Part shown: positions 13,682 to 27,300 of the stretch, piece by piece
Layout of the letters: each line of letters starts with the position of its first letter
Position numbering within the stretch: the first letter of the stretch is position 1
DNA from: Camelus ferus
Taxonomy: Eukaryota
Length of the DNA stretch: 64,000 bases
Assembly (NCBI RefSeq): GCF_009834535.1
Contig: NC_045697.1
Coordinates: forward strand, 78,742,001-78,806,000
Direction of reading: 5' to 3'
The notes under the pieces: generated by a model
The model's input: only the letters and a program-made list of their open reading frames with translations
Database searches by the model: none
Told to the model about the DNA's origin: nothing
Translations under genes and position numbers: made by a program

Positions 13682-13850
13682 CCAGGCACTGGGCTGAGCC
13701 TTCGCAACACACAATAAACATGTTGTTGCAATCTACATATTATGGATGAGAAAACTGAGGCACTTATATACATTTCTAGAAACATCAACTAAGGGGTAGA
13801 GTCAGGATTTGGAACCCAGGCAGTTTGACTACAGAACCCATGATCTTGAA
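13682..13850 (-). mobile_element. MIR SINE
   Basis: GATGAGAAAACTGAGGCAC...AGAGTCAGGATTTGGAACCCAGGCAGTTTGACT. Confidence 0.7.
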
Positions 13851-14214
13851 ACTAAAGTGAGTAACTTTGGCTTCACAGTAATTATATCATGTGTCTACTT
13901 CATTTGGACAATAGAACAATAGAATTATGGAAGAAATAATACAATCTGTCCTACTGACAGTTATTGTAATTGCAAAGAAAACTTACATTTAAAATATTGC
14001 CTTGAAAAGACAGGTAGAAGTTAAATGTGTATTTGAGGGTTTTGGATTAGCAGTAACCATGATATTTTTCCTGAAGAATTGTAAATAATAGAGAAATTTA
14101 AAGAGTTAGTAGTGAATGCTATTATTACAATTCATAAATAATCAGTGTATTGGTGAAATTTGAGAAAACAAGCCTAAACACTACTGAATACTTTCTCTGC
14201 AGCATATAAACCCC

Positions 14215-14520
14215 AGAGGCCTGAAGGAGTGACTGGAAGGAGTGGTGATGGAAATCTGGAGGAAGAGATGGGCCTGGCAAAGTCCACCTAAAAAAGCACA
14301 CAGTCAGCCCACAGTGACCCAGCAGGGAGGGAGGAAAGAGAATAAATAACCTGACTCACTCTCCTGTTGCCTTCTGGCCTCTTGCTTATGACTGCCTTGG
14401 TCTATTCCCACCAGAAGCCTGAGGCAAGGGAACCGATTAATGCCGTCCATCCCAGGGCAGCGTGGTAGGTGGAGAGTAGGGGGAAGGATGAGAGTGAACA
14501 GGAAAAGACAACAGAAGGAA
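14215..14520. mobile_element. Degraded ERVL-type LTR fragment (LTR33/LTR16-like)
   Basis: CCACCAGAAGCCTGAGGCAAGGGAACC...ATGCCGTCCAT resembles a remembered ERVL LTR segment; locally purine- and GC-rich. Confidence 0.45.
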
Positions 14521-15684
14521 GGAAGCCAGCAGAAGTGTCATATATGCACGTCTTTTATTTTTATAGATTTCTTCTTAGAGTTAAAAATATATTGTTATAT
14601 TTTTATACCGTTCTGGAAAATCCTCCTACATATTAAAAATCTAAATCTAAAGCAAAATCACTAAAACATGCGTAATAAAACTCTTTTGCCTTAAGAAGCA
14701 ATTTAATCTTTGCTTCTTTTCTGCATTACTTCCTCATACATTTATTGAGTGATTCCTAACTGCCATCAGAGATAACAAGCAAGTAATGTGTGGTCTTTGT
14801 TTTCAGAAGCACACATTCAATAGGAGAAAATAGCTTAACTAGTTAAGTTACCATGGTGGCTTGATAAGTGAGTTCAGTGGTATCGGGGGCCCATTGCCTG
14901 ATTTACCGCACTCTTAAAAAAATATTTTGCTCCTTACCTCTGTTAGTTTTGAATCTTATAAACAATGGGCACGATGACTGCTTAGTGGCATTTGTGTTAA
15001 ATAACAATGTACAGGTGTTCTCTACAGCCATGACATTAAAACTTGCTGCTCGGAACTCTAAAGCCGGAGCCCGTGGTCTTCTCATCCACTGCTCTGAGAC
15101 TTTTCTGTATCAAGATGACTTTGCAGCAGGGTTTACTGTTCTTCCCTTCAATTTGTATTTCCAGAGTTCCCCATTGGGTTTCTTGACCTTTGTAAATTCT
15201 TTGATTGAATGCAGGGTGGAGAATGCAGAATGGTTATGTAATAGGAACACGGCTCTTTACAGCACAGAATGATTAGTCTTGGGATTTGGGCTTCAGCTCC
15301 TGAGACTTAATGGTTTACAGCATCTCTGTTTGTCTGGGCCAGAGGTAAATGTATAAATTTATAGAAGAATGGATTTAAGCAAAAAGCAATAAACAAATCC
15401 TCACCTACCTGCCTCAGAGGAGGCATGCCAAAGAACTGGATCTCCTTAAGTTGTCTGAGATCATTTTAGGCATTACTACTAGGAATTTTTAGAAAATAAT
15501 CTATTCATGGGGCCAATAATGTTTTACAATTCAGCAAGTAATAAATAAATAGATAATAAATAAATCTAATAATAAATCTAAACCAAGCCAAGGTCAGAGC
15601 GTTGCTGGGTTAAATGATTGGGTGAAATGTTTAGCAGAAACATGAAAGCAATTTTTCTCTCCAGTGAAAGTGCAATGAAAAGAG

Positions 15685-15870
15685 TAGTTATCTTGAGATC
15701 AAACGACTCTGGGTTCTAATCCAGGTTCTTTTACTCTGTTCTTCAGGCAAATGTGTTAACCTCTGTTCGTTCCACATCTCTTCTGAGTGAAGGAGAGACT
15801 GTAATGCCTACTACTCAGGGTTCTCAATGAGGCTTAAGTAAGATGATACTTGTAAAGAGTGTGTTATGCG
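15685..15870 (+). mobile_element. MIR SINE
   Basis: CTGGGTTCTAATCCAGGTTC...CAGGCAAATGTGTTAACCTCT...CCACATCT...GTAAAGAGTG. Confidence 0.7.
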
Positions 15871-16394
15871 CTTTACGTAAGGTCGCTTCTCTACACTGTT
15901 AGGTGTGTGGTCATCTCGTAGTGCTGCAACAAAAGAGGCTTCATTAGCAACAAAGGCACCTACAGTTAAGTTAACTGCAACACAGACCAGTGGACTGAGA
16001 GGGAGAGAAGGAAACAGTACATATGATTTGCTCACAGTTTACAAGAAGTCGAATTGTGACTTGTTTCCATTTCTCTCAGGCAAAAAATTCATCAGAATAG
16101 AGCCTGAGGAATAACAACCAGGGGCCCACTGAGCTCCTAGGGGCAGCCTGCAATCTCATTGCAGAAACTTCTCATTTATAGATGGAGAAGGTGAGGCCAA
16201 ATAGGTCAGGACCCGTGTTCCAGGCCTATCCCATCCTCTAAATATAACACAATCATACACTCACTTCACATGGGGCCAAAGGGCTGTCCCTAGAGTGGGC
16301 TCCAGGAATTTCAGATTTTCATTCCAGTCAGTAAAGAACATTTGGGTAGGCACCACTAACACAAGTATATTTATTTATTTTTAAAGTGTACTCA

Positions 16395-17043
16395 CTGAAA
16401 TCAAAGTCCTTATACATTACTGGCAGGAATGTAAAATGATGAAGTCACCATGGAAAATAGTTTGGCCAGTCCTCAAAAAGTTCACATAGAGTTACCATAT
16501 GACCCTGCAATTCCACTCCTAGGTACACAACCCCAAAGCTGAGAACAGGTACTCAAACAGATACTCATACACGAGTGTTCAGAGCAGGACTACTTGCAAT
16601 AGCCAAAAGGTAGAAACAGCCCAAATGTCTATCACTGGGGGAATGCATAAATAAATTGTGAAATATACATTCAGTGGCATATTATTCAACCATAAAAAGA
16701 AGCAAGGTACTGATACACACTGAGAGGTGAATACATTTCCAAAACATTATTCTGAGTAAAAGGAGCCAGATACAAAAAAGGTCACATATTTTATGACTTC
16801 ATTTATATGAAATATTCAGAATAGAGAAGTCTGCAGAGACAGAATGCATATTGGTGGTTGCCAGTGGCTGAACAGGACAGAGAAATGGGGAAAATTGTTT
16901 AATGGGTTTTACTTTGGAGTAACAGAAATGTTTCAGAACTAGATAGAGGTGATGTTTGCACAACACTGCAAATGCCACTGTATTGTTCACTTCAAAATGG
17001 TTAATTTATGTTATATGACTGTCACCTCAATAAATTATTTAAA
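16395..17043 (+). mobile_element. L1MB-like LINE-1 3' fragment
   Basis: ORF2 3' end (CATAGAGTTACCATATGACCCTGCAATTCCACTCCTAGGT) plus L1MB-type 3' UTR (GTGGTTGCCAG...GAACTAGATAG...CACCTCAATAAA). Confidence 0.9.
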
Positions 17044-17099
17044 ATTTTGAGTATACTTAATTAAACTTTACAAATGCAATATGCAAATTTAAACATAAA

Positions 17100-18052
17100 C
17101 AAAATAGAAATTAAAACAATAATGACCTATAAGTGAAACAAACAGTATTGCATAATTTACTAACAGTACTTAAAGGCTTTTGCTCTCACAAAAATCTTGA
17201 CTAATAATATAATTTTACTTAGAAACATATTTACTGGATATGTTTCTTTATAATTAAGTTTATTAGACACTTGATTTTAATGGCAGGCATAGCTAAAAGG
17301 GATAACTCACAAAAATGAGACTTTTAAAGAAGTTTGAAATTTCTACTACCAAACTTAAAAAACTAAAAAACATGACATTCTGAAGAATTTTTTATAGGTA
17401 ATAACCTTATATTTTTGGCAATAAAATTACACAACGATTGAAAAATCTCAAAATCAAATTTTCAAAATACTTTCTCCAAAATTACTAGTTTATTTCAAAC
17501 AGCACTTAATCTCTTAAGCATTGTTGAAGCCATCAGCTAAATCTTGTATATCATTTTGATAACGCCTATTAGGTATCAGAAAATGTAAGGAGAATTGGAT
17601 CACTTTTCCTTTATTTCAAAATAGAATGTGTGTAACACCACATCATAAACAATTCCAAGAGATAGCAAATGAATTTCTGTGGGGCACAAAAGGTTTTCAT
17701 ATGATTCCATATGATAGTAGAGATATTGGTATTTCATCTTGGTTTTATCACAATAAATCAGTGACACCTTGTCACACATAAACCACAGTACCTCACAATA
17801 AGCTGAGGGTGAATAAATGGCCGAGTGTGCTACTGTCAAAATACCTACCCTTGAAAACACTTCAAGCGGTGTATGTGAAGATCAGACACAGGGAGAGTCC
17901 AAGTGTCAGAACACATACTAAATATGGTTAACTTAATTATTTTCCCATTTAGAAGAAAGTCACCATAAGTGGAATCTGTCATCTTTGCCCTCTGTCACCC
18001 CACTGGATTGTTATACAATCCCAAGGGATGCACACCCACTTTGGAGACCCTA
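17100..18052 (-). mobile_element. hAT-Charlie transposon remnant with a decayed transposase C-terminus
   Basis: Minus strand from 17320 translates SHFCELSLLAMPAIKIKC, then NKLN after a 1-nt shift, resembling the Charlie/Buster motif YLCExxFSxMxxIKxKxRNxL. Possible terminus TTGGAGACCCTA at 18041-18052. Boundaries are approximate. Confidence 0.6.
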
Positions 18053-18566
18053 TTCCGCTGCACTAGACAGGTGGGGAGCAGGAATGCTGGGCTCCAATCT
18101 GTCACACAGTTGTAGGTGCAAATTAGCTCAATCAAGCAACTGCTGCTGAAATAGTTACTTTTTAAATAAAATGTATATCCTATTGCCAAGAAGACAAAAG
18201 TACTTGATGAAAATTTTAATTAAGTGGTTTGGGGAATAGTTTTTATGTTAAACATTTTTGTTTCAGTTGTAATCAAAATGTTTCTTATTTTAAAGAGTAC
18301 AGTGATGAAAGCTATTTTGAAATAAGACTTTTTTTTTTTTTTTTGCAATTAGCTTACAAAAACCAAATAATGAAAGACCAAACAATCCAGCTTTCTAAGC
18401 ATCTTAGTTTTCTTTCTAAAAGTGCATTATTATAATCTGATGTTTGGTGATTTCTGGAATTTTATTTTAAAATATTAAGATTTAATAATAAAAATGAAAT
18501 GTGTAGTTGCAGATATTTTATTTTTTTATGAAAAAATTAATTTATTTAAAAAGCTCAACCTGAAAT

Positions 18567-18593
18567 TGTTTTGTTTTGTTTTGTTTTGTTTTT
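18567..18593 (+). repeat. (TTTTG)n microsatellite
   Basis: Seen directly in the sequence. Confidence 0.9.
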
Positions 18594-19659
18594 CCTGCAT
18601 TGGCTCTTGTTCATGTGGGTTGCCCACCAATTATCTAAGAGATTTTGGGAGAGACAACCCATGAGGAGAGAGTCCAGACCTCTGTGAGGTTTCCTGTCAC
18701 CAAGAGTGTCACAACATGTCCATTTAGATGCCCAGCATCCAGTCAACAGCTTAATAAGAGGTAATACTCCACCATAATTTTACCATTTTTTTGCATTTTT
18801 CCCATAATTAATTGATATTCTCCATTATGAGGAACAACAGGAGAAATAAGAAATTGTATATTCCATTCCTTGAATAAGTACCAACTTGTAAACTATTCTT
18901 GCCATGAAAAAGCCATTCTATCCTTCCACCCAGTTGGCTCTATGCCACCTCCAAAGAAGAATCCTATCTTATCTGTAAAATCTGGTATTTCTCTCTCACT
19001 CTTTTTTTATCAGCAGTATCTCCATTAGAAAGTATCTCACTGCTTATGCACATATACGATGATATATCCATATTCTATAGATTTCAAGGATTCCAGTGGT
19101 AATACCTTCCAAAGGGAAATAGTAAATCAATGTGTTCAATTTAACAATGGTCACAGGAAATCTCTTGCCACCAGAAATATGAAGTTAGTCCTAAATAAAT
19201 ACAAACATTAACTAAATTATTTCTAACTTTTATTAATAATATCCTATGTCTCTGCTTGCTTGTCCCCCGTTTCTTTCTGACTGATGACTCTACTTATTAA
19301 TCCCACTACCTCCTGCTGTTGCTTAAAATAAAGTGCTTTCTCTGGATAGTAACAGTTGAGTCCTTCACTTAAGAACTAATGGGCTAATAAATTTATAAAT
19401 ATCTCCACCTCAAGAAAATGGATGGTTTTAATGCACTATATAGCTCAGTTAATCTAGACACAACCAAATCTGACAGTGTTAGTGACATAATAACTGTGAA
19501 ATCACACAATCCCATGCCCCAAAGGCAAATGGCTCTTCTTGTCCTCTGATCCTGATGGTTCCTTAGTCACATATCTTATCATGGAATGTGTGAAGACAAG
19601 GAAGCAAAAAATAGCATGATCACGTGTCAGCTTAGAATTTCAAGATCCGCCCTCTCCAT

Positions 19660-19875
19660 ATATTTGAAAAGTCACTCTTCACTCCACTTACCTCTGCTTT
19701 AGTTTTCTTCTTAGCACTTATTACCTGGTATGATCGTTATTTATTTATTTATATTCATTAATATTTATTTACTTATATAAACTTCTGGAAGGGCAGAACT
19801 TTGTATTGTTTGCTATTCCATTTCAAGTGGCTAAAATAGTTCCTGCCATACAGACAATACTCAATTAATAATTAT
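19660..19875 (+). mobile_element. L2 LINE 3' end
   Basis: TTCTTCTTAGCACTTATTACC...TAAACTTCTGGAAGGGCAGAAC...AATAGTTCCTGCCATA...TACTCAAT. Confidence 0.6.
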
Positions 19876-20589
19876 TACATAGATTTATTAACAGTTTCCA
19901 GTAGCTGGAAATTAAACTATTTTTCTTTTCTCTAATTAATACAGTCAAAAGAAGTTTTTTATATTGAGTTTTTTTCTCATTATTTTTCTAGAAATTGTTC
20001 CTTTTTCTAGTTAAGAAAAAGTTACTTTTTCCTTTTTTCACTGAAAAACAACTCACACAAAAAGATTTGATGAATTGCTGTATTTATTCTTCTTTCACAT
20101 AAGTTGGTTCTGTATTATTTTCTACCATAGTATAACTTATAATCCTTTTATAGAGAAAATAAATTAAACTACCTCAAGCTTTCTCCTTATAATTTTATAC
20201 ATGTGGCACTTACCAATAACACTTTTGCTGAGACATAAAGTTCTGCATTCTACTGTCCAGTCCAGTCTCATGAAAATGATTTTCAGTCATTCTTTTTCGA
20301 TTCCTGGAGATTTGGCTTAATAGCAATAAATACTAGGAAATCTTGTTTTTATTCTAGATCTACCAGCCAACTGTCAATATCTCTAAAGCTTATTGCTGAT
20401 TAAAAGAAAATAAATTGGCAAACAAATAAATAAATAAGTATTTCTTTTTTCTAATACACTTTGTTTTATTCAAATGGTTTGCACAAGCGACAGGCCTGAT
20501 ATTGAAGATCCTTAATACATATAGCGTCATACACCCTGACTTTTCTCAACTACAGTGTCTCCTTAAACTTGACTCAAAGTAAGAGAATA

Positions 20590-20840
20590 AACTGGTAAAC
20601 AGCTTGGGTTTTAAAATCGTATTTTCTAAGTCTGAATCTTAATTCCTCTGTTTACCATACTGGCAACTTTAGGGAAGTTACTTTATTTCTTCAAGATTCA
20701 ATTTCCTCATTGATAAAATAGCGATATGGTTGTAACCTATCTTATTAAAATACTGTAAAAACTACGCAAGCTAATCCCTGTGACCCCCGTATTTAGCACA
20801 ATGCCTGGCACAAAATACTTGCTCAAAACATGTTAGATGT
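20590..20840 (+). mobile_element. MIR SINE
   Basis: GGGAAGTTACTT...TCAATTTCCTCAT...TAAAAT...TTAGCACAATGCCTGGCACA...GCTCAA. Confidence 0.7.
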
Positions 20841-21995
20841 TGTTTTTGCATCTTGCCCCTAAGTGTATGGAGCTTCTTTCTTCTTGAACACCCAATATAT
20901 TTTTCTATGTGAGTTATCTCAAGATATTTCTTACATCTATCAAGTGCTGAAGTTCTTTGTGTATTTCTTTTTTTCCTGTATTATCTCCGCACAGGGAATC
21001 TTATCCGTCTTCATCGTCTCTGAAGTGCTCAGGCTTGTGTCTTGATCATGACAGAAATTTAATATATTTTTAAAAATCGAGTGAAACTAAAACAGGATAA
21101 ACAATCATATGTCTACACTAAGTCCCTTTAAAATGGAAAATAATTTCATTTGTCTCTTACAAATAAATAAAATTACTTTTAAACCTTATTAGATGTAGTT
21201 TTTATAAAATATGATTGATAATTTAATTCAAAAACTGGGGATTGCTCTTAACATTCATCACTTCAGAAGTAGGTGTTTCCTTGTGTTTACTGCTTTCAAA
21301 TGTGTTGCATTTGAACTCCATGGAAGAGTGAACTAGAGTCAGAGAGTCCATACTTAATGATGCATATGTAAATCTCATACACATTATTTTCAGAACACAA
21401 TAACTTCCCAATGGATTGAAACAGTAGAACCAAGAAATTCTTGAATCATCACAGCTTCCTACTGTCCTCTTCTGTTTAAGTACTACATCTTGCATTGGTC
21501 AAACAGGTAACAACCTATTATATTTCACAAGATAACTTCATATTTCACAGGAACAACTGGGACCCCAAAAGAATAATAAATATGTTTAAAATTATTTTAA
21601 AAAAAAAGCAAGACAAAAATTGCAGTGTTTGGTTTTCATTCCATCTAACTTGGAGTATCTCCTGATAATAATACAGCTAAACTAATAACAAATAATGTAG
21701 ATAAGTGAATTTTTAAACCTATGTTATCATTATAATAATTATGGGGTTTTTTTCTAAAATTTCCTATTCAAAGACAAAAGGACATCATACTTGGTACACA
21801 ATTTTTAGTATCATGCTGACTAATCTGCTATAGTTGTCAGTGGAGCTGACTGGATAGAACACATGGTTGATTACTTTCCTAACTGCAGTAACAAAGCTGA
21901 CACATAAGCATGATTTATTTATGACTGAAAATGTCAACCTCTGGGTGTCACCTGGAAGTCTCACAACGCTAAAAGCCAACCATCTGATAAATCCC

Positions 21996-22028
21996 TGCCT
22001 TGCCTTGCCTTGCCTTGCTTTGACTTGA
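21996..22028 (+). repeat. (TGCCT)n pentanucleotide repeat
   Basis: Four perfect TGCCT units, then decayed TGCTT and TGACT. Confidence 0.9.
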
Positions 22029-23699
22029 TGATAATTTCATTTCTCAGAAAGCTAAGGAGGCAAGAGGGGAGAAATAATATTTGAACTTAATTTTATTAAG
22101 TCCTATATATCAAGGGTGATATTCAGGCTATTGCATAAGCAATAGTGAACAGGCACTAACCTGTCAGGACCTAGAAGCCCTCTATGCTTCAGCAGTTACT
22201 CTTGTACCTGTTGAATTGTGAACAGTGAACAAGGAGGACACTTGGAGGTCTCAAGAAGAGGTATTTATCAGCCAGTATTTCAATACTATAACAAAATTAT
22301 ACCCATATTCTTATGTAATGGCTGCATATTTGTTGATAACTCTCCCCTCTTAATCTCTTGGATCTTTTGAATCTATCCTTTATTCTAGAACCCAAGAACA
22401 TGTCTTTGTTTCTGAACCTCATTGCTACCTAACGTAAAGAACCTAACCTAAACCATAAGCCTCATGGCTTCTATCTTCCCCCAAAGCATGCCAACTCTTT
22501 CCCAGTTCTATAAAGTCTCCATTTTCTAATCCACTATTGCTTCTGATTGTGACCTGCATTTCCCTAGGTCAAAATCTCCAGTGTTTCTCCAATATCATCA
22601 ATACAAAACTCAAAATTCTTAGCCTAAGCAGTAGGGCATACCTTTCATCAGATCCCAACATATCTTTGCAAACTGTTTTCTTGCATCTTTTTATTCACTC
22701 AACAACTCAATCAAAATAAACAATTTGCTCTTCTCTAAATAAAAGGCACAGTTTCACTCTCCTATTATTCTTTTGCTGCTAATTTGAACTGGAATGCAGT
22801 TCCCTTCTTCTGTGTCTAAGCACCTCACAGCCAAGCAACTTCAAATGTGACCTCCATCACAACTTTCAATTATCTCTACATCCATTACAAGTTTTACCAC
22901 GCTCTGTATATACTGGTGATGAAAGTAATCATCATGCTAAATTTATCACATTTATTTTTGCATATATCTAATCTCCTTTTGTAGAAGGTAAGTTTAAGGA
23001 GTAATATACATATGGTTGATTCATCTTCGGATCCTGATAGCTCTTAGCACATACTATACCCACAGCAGCATTTCATGGTGAATGAAGAAATGGGTATAAT
23101 GAAGAACAAGAGAACAAAATAAAATTGGCAAGAAAGTTGGCAAAGAGGAATTCTCACCTCAGAACTCATCTAACTGGAAAAAAAAGAAATGCTGGCTATA
23201 GTAAATAATTTGTTCTGATCTAAAATGGATATTCTTACATTGACTAAAAGGTAGATAAAACTAGAAATTCCAAAACAATACATGACCAAGGAAGATAAAA
23301 GTCCAAAAACTATATATGGGCATGAAAGTAACTTTATACTAGAGGCAGCTAAAGAAGTCAGTCTGCATGCAGAGGAGTTACTGTGTATATAATTTGGAAG
23401 GGGGTGCTTATGATCCAAGACTCTTAATACCAAATAACAAAGTAGCTGAAACCCAAACAGAACTGAGTCTTCTGAGAAATGTTAAGAACAAAAAATAATT
23501 GTGAAAGGGGGAGTACGGAGTTGCATGCTGTTTTGCTGTTATTTTTTGGTTGGTTAATTGATTGGATTCTTCTTAACATACTGCAAATAAGAAAAGAAAA
23601 AATATATAGGGAGGAAGACACAGGCCCACTGTGTGGGGAAAGTGGTGGTACCAAATATATATAAAATTGCCAAGAAACATAGAAAAATGCTTACACTAA

Positions 23700-23935
23700 A
23701 ACAGAATAAAATCTCAGTGTAATCATGAAGAAAATATCAGACAAATCCACATTGAAAGACATTCTACAAACTACCTCACCAGTATTCCTCATGGTTATGA
23801 AAAATAAAGACAGAAATGGTCACAGATCAGAGGAGACTAAAGAGACATAATGACTAAATGCAGTGTGGTGTCCTGGACTGGATCCTGGAATAGCAAGAGG
23901 GTACAAATGGAAAGCTGGTGAAACCCAAATAAAGC
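23700..23935 (+). mobile_element. Old L1 (L1MC/L1ME-like) 3' UTR fragment
   Basis: ATCAGACAAATCCACATTGAAAGACATTCTACAAA...GAGGAGACTAAAGAGACAT...ACTAAATGCAGTGTGGTGTCCTGGACTGGATCCTGGAA. Confidence 0.8.
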
Positions 23936-24285
23936 AGTCTAATGTCTGCCAGCTCTCCCTGAACTTCCATCCCCTGCCGGCTAAGTGGGAATTCGCCTAC
24001 TACTCCTGAGCCAGGGGAAACCATGAAGAGAGTTTAGAGTTAAGACCTCTTCTATGCCACGACTGAGCGAAAGGAAACAGAAAAACACCAACAATTGCTC
24101 TTTGACGTTTCTGATGTTAGCCGTCTCTCTGTACTGCCGTCTTTCAAGTCACTGGAAATGGGAGAGACCACACCCACATGGACATATCCACTTTCCAGGG
24201 CTTAGCTCCTCCTACCTGTAACACTGTTTGTGAGTTTCCATTCCCACATTAAGATGTTAATGACTTTACATTTTTTCATGTGTTT

Positions 24286-24365
24286 GATCATTTATTCAGC
24301 GAGTATTTATTGAGTGCTTACCATGTGTTAAGGTATCAGCACTTTTCTAAAAGCTAAAGATACAA
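24286..24365 (-). mobile_element. L2 LINE 3' end
   Basis: TCATTTATTCAGCGAGTATTTATTGAGTGCTTACCATGTG is the reverse of the L2 tail. Confidence 0.6.
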
Positions 24366-27300
24366 ACCGACCAATAAGGTGGCTTATTGACTGCCTGCTA
24401 TGTGCCAAGAAGTATAATATATACTTGACTGGATTATACAAAGATTAAAATTAAAACCAAAGACTGTTAATTTATGAACTTAGAGGGAAGACTTTAAATA
24501 AGACCACAATAGTTTGGAATATTTGGACCATACTAAAAAGATTAATTTTCAAATCCTAGATAGAATTATTTTTTTAAATCAATAACTCAAATAGAGGCCT
24601 ATTTTAGCAGCAGCAGACCTTAAAATATGCTTTTTTTTAAAAGCCTTTGGGCTTCTTTGATGTCTCTCTACTTGACTGTATATAAATCAACTAAGAAATG
24701 ACTACACAAATGACTACACATTGTAATGTACAATTTAGACTTCATTAGGTAAAGTACAGTTTCCACTGCACTTTGAATGCTGTATTTTAAGTGGGATACT
24801 AAAACAATGGTGCATGTTCTTAAAGGAGTAAGTTGTCCAAAGATCATCACAAGCCTTAGAGAAATTGTGATAGATTTTGAAGAATTGCCTTGTCAAAGAA
24901 GAATTCTACTTTTTCTGAACAATGCCAAGACTCAAACTAGAACTAGCAGGCCAAAGTTATGAAGTGACAGACATTGGGTCAACACTAATTACAACTAGTT
25001 AAGAATAAAGTTGTTTAGAAAAACCAAGGTGGTTCCTCAAGTGATAATGACCTTCTTATAGGTAAAAATATCAAGGATGCAGTAGAACTGTAGTGGGTCA
25101 GATTACAAGACCTTAACATATTCTCCCAACTTCAGAACTCTAGAGTTCTGAGAGGATGTAGATATCATTATGTGTGAGATAAATAAAAGCGGATGAGTCT
25201 GCCTTCTGTGGATGTTAATTGTGCTGTGAGCTTACATCTCTTGCTGCTTCTCATATTTGCCCAAAATACGTTTCCAAATATTTATTCGACTAGTCTACCT
25301 CATTTGTTCCTCTTGGCAATAGCTCAGGTAAGACCGCTTTACTATCTTCCTGTACACACTCTAAGAACCAATAGCATATGACATCCAACTATATTGAAAG
25401 AAACAAATGATATTAAATATTGGTTTGTTTCAGTGAACATTGGGCCCCTGGCCTATCTCCTTTAAGCTCTTGATATGGGAGTTTGACAGTAATGATTTGT
25501 AAATCTTCTAAAGAAAGGATGAAAATCAGAGAAGTGAGAATTCCTCAAGTCCTGATGTTTCACAGATTAGTTGCCTGACATTAAGAAAGCATGGGGCATT
25601 GGGTGAGTGAGCTGGAGCCATAAACATTATCAGGGTAAAGTGAGGTTTCCTGGGGCTGCAGAAAGAAACGAGCTTGTTACTACTTCTGGTATTAATCATA
25701 ATAAGTGTTTTATCTAAGCCTGTCATGTTTAGTTTCTCCATGCAATTTACCTCTCAGGCACACGGTTCACAGTATCAGCTGGCCTTATCTTTTAACTTAT
25801 AGTCTTCAAGTACCTAAATGTATTTCCCCCAAAGTTCCCACAGTTAACATGACAAAAGTCAACATAAGTACTATTTTAAGACAATGTTGCATCCCACATT
25901 ATAAAAGACAGAGTTGCTTATGCCTGGCTACTCCTATCATCTGTTGAAAAGCATAACAGGCAGCACTGATTCTTTGCCTAATTGCAGTTTTACTGTGAGA
26001 TTCTGCAAGAGTTTAAATGGGGATCCCAAGATGCTTTAAAAAACTCATTTATTTCACTTTATCTTTGCCAAAAAAATAAAATAGGGATGTGCTCATCCTG
26101 TATCTTGTTCATCTTTTATCAAACAATACTTGTTAGCTGATACAGTAAGTCCACAAGTAGCTTTTAAGGATCACATTATGAACTTCACCTTCAAAGGATC
26201 ATAGACCACTACTAGGAGCAATCCATCCAACCAAATAACCAGAAAACAAAAAATTCAAACAAGAAATGCTGCAGAGACAGACTTTTTGCTAAAAATATCA
26301 GGGGAAAAAAACTAGTAGCTCTTATAAATCCCTGTGAGAGATGCCAACCTAAGAAGAAGGTATGACTTGAAGATTAGACAGCTAATAATATTCTACTCTG
26401 CATGACCCTATTTCATTGCAGTCCTCTTAAGATCTGCTAATAATCCTTTATAATTAAGCTTCAGCATAATATTAAAATGTTATCCACATGAACACCAATA
26501 GCAGTATATTTCAAAGGCCGAAGTGGTTGGTTACTGCTTCCAGCTATGCATGACAATCATTCAACCACTGTGCAGCTTTAATTTCATTTTTTTAAAAGGC
26601 CTGCCCCAAGATTTTACAGAAAAATGATTCATTTCTATCAATAACTGCAGTGAAATCGATCTTATTTAAACCCAAGCTGTTAAGAGTATGTCCAAGAATT
26701 TGCATTCCTCCCTTTAGAACTAAAAACCTTTGCTACATCACCACAAAAGTGAGGTCACTTTTAAGAACTGTAAAGGTAGTAGTACCAGAAACTGCAAATG
26801 GTCATCAGGCAACACACAAAAAAATTCTTGATTCTACATCATATGTGATAAGATCTGATTAAACTCTACTGTCCATTTTCAACTGTAGTGCATAACATTT
26901 TCCATTTCCTCTATTTCAGTGTATTGTCTTCATCATCTTAGAAAATTTCAGTTTTTCTCCAAAAACTAAATTATTATTTGAACCAAATAATAATTTTTTA
27001 AAATAACTCATTCAAAAAGTATTTAGTTTAACTACCTCAGTACAACTGGATCATGAACCTAATCTACTAAGTACATTTACTTCAGAACAGAATTATTGTT
27101 AAAATGTAAATATTGATCCTAGGGCTAAAAAAATGATGATACACAATTTAACCTTATAACCTTTTCTGATTTTTGCCTCTCATATAAAAACAAGGGAGTT
27201 GGGGTGATGTTAACAACTTTCAAATTTAAAATGTTGCCTTTGACTCCAATAAAGAAAAAAAATGTGAAAATTATCACATGCTCTTTTAAAAGATTTGACT

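Noticed and set aside
15147..15167. FNLYFQS in ORF 14868..15272 resembles a TEV protease site (possible engineered sequence)
   Set aside because: Lacks the leading E, has no tag or vector context, and the DNA is simply a pyrimidine tract plus CAG; coincidence.
24372..24389. CAATAAG-GTGG-CTTATTG hairpin
   Set aside because: A 7-bp stem is expected by chance, and it sits among L2 tail fragments.
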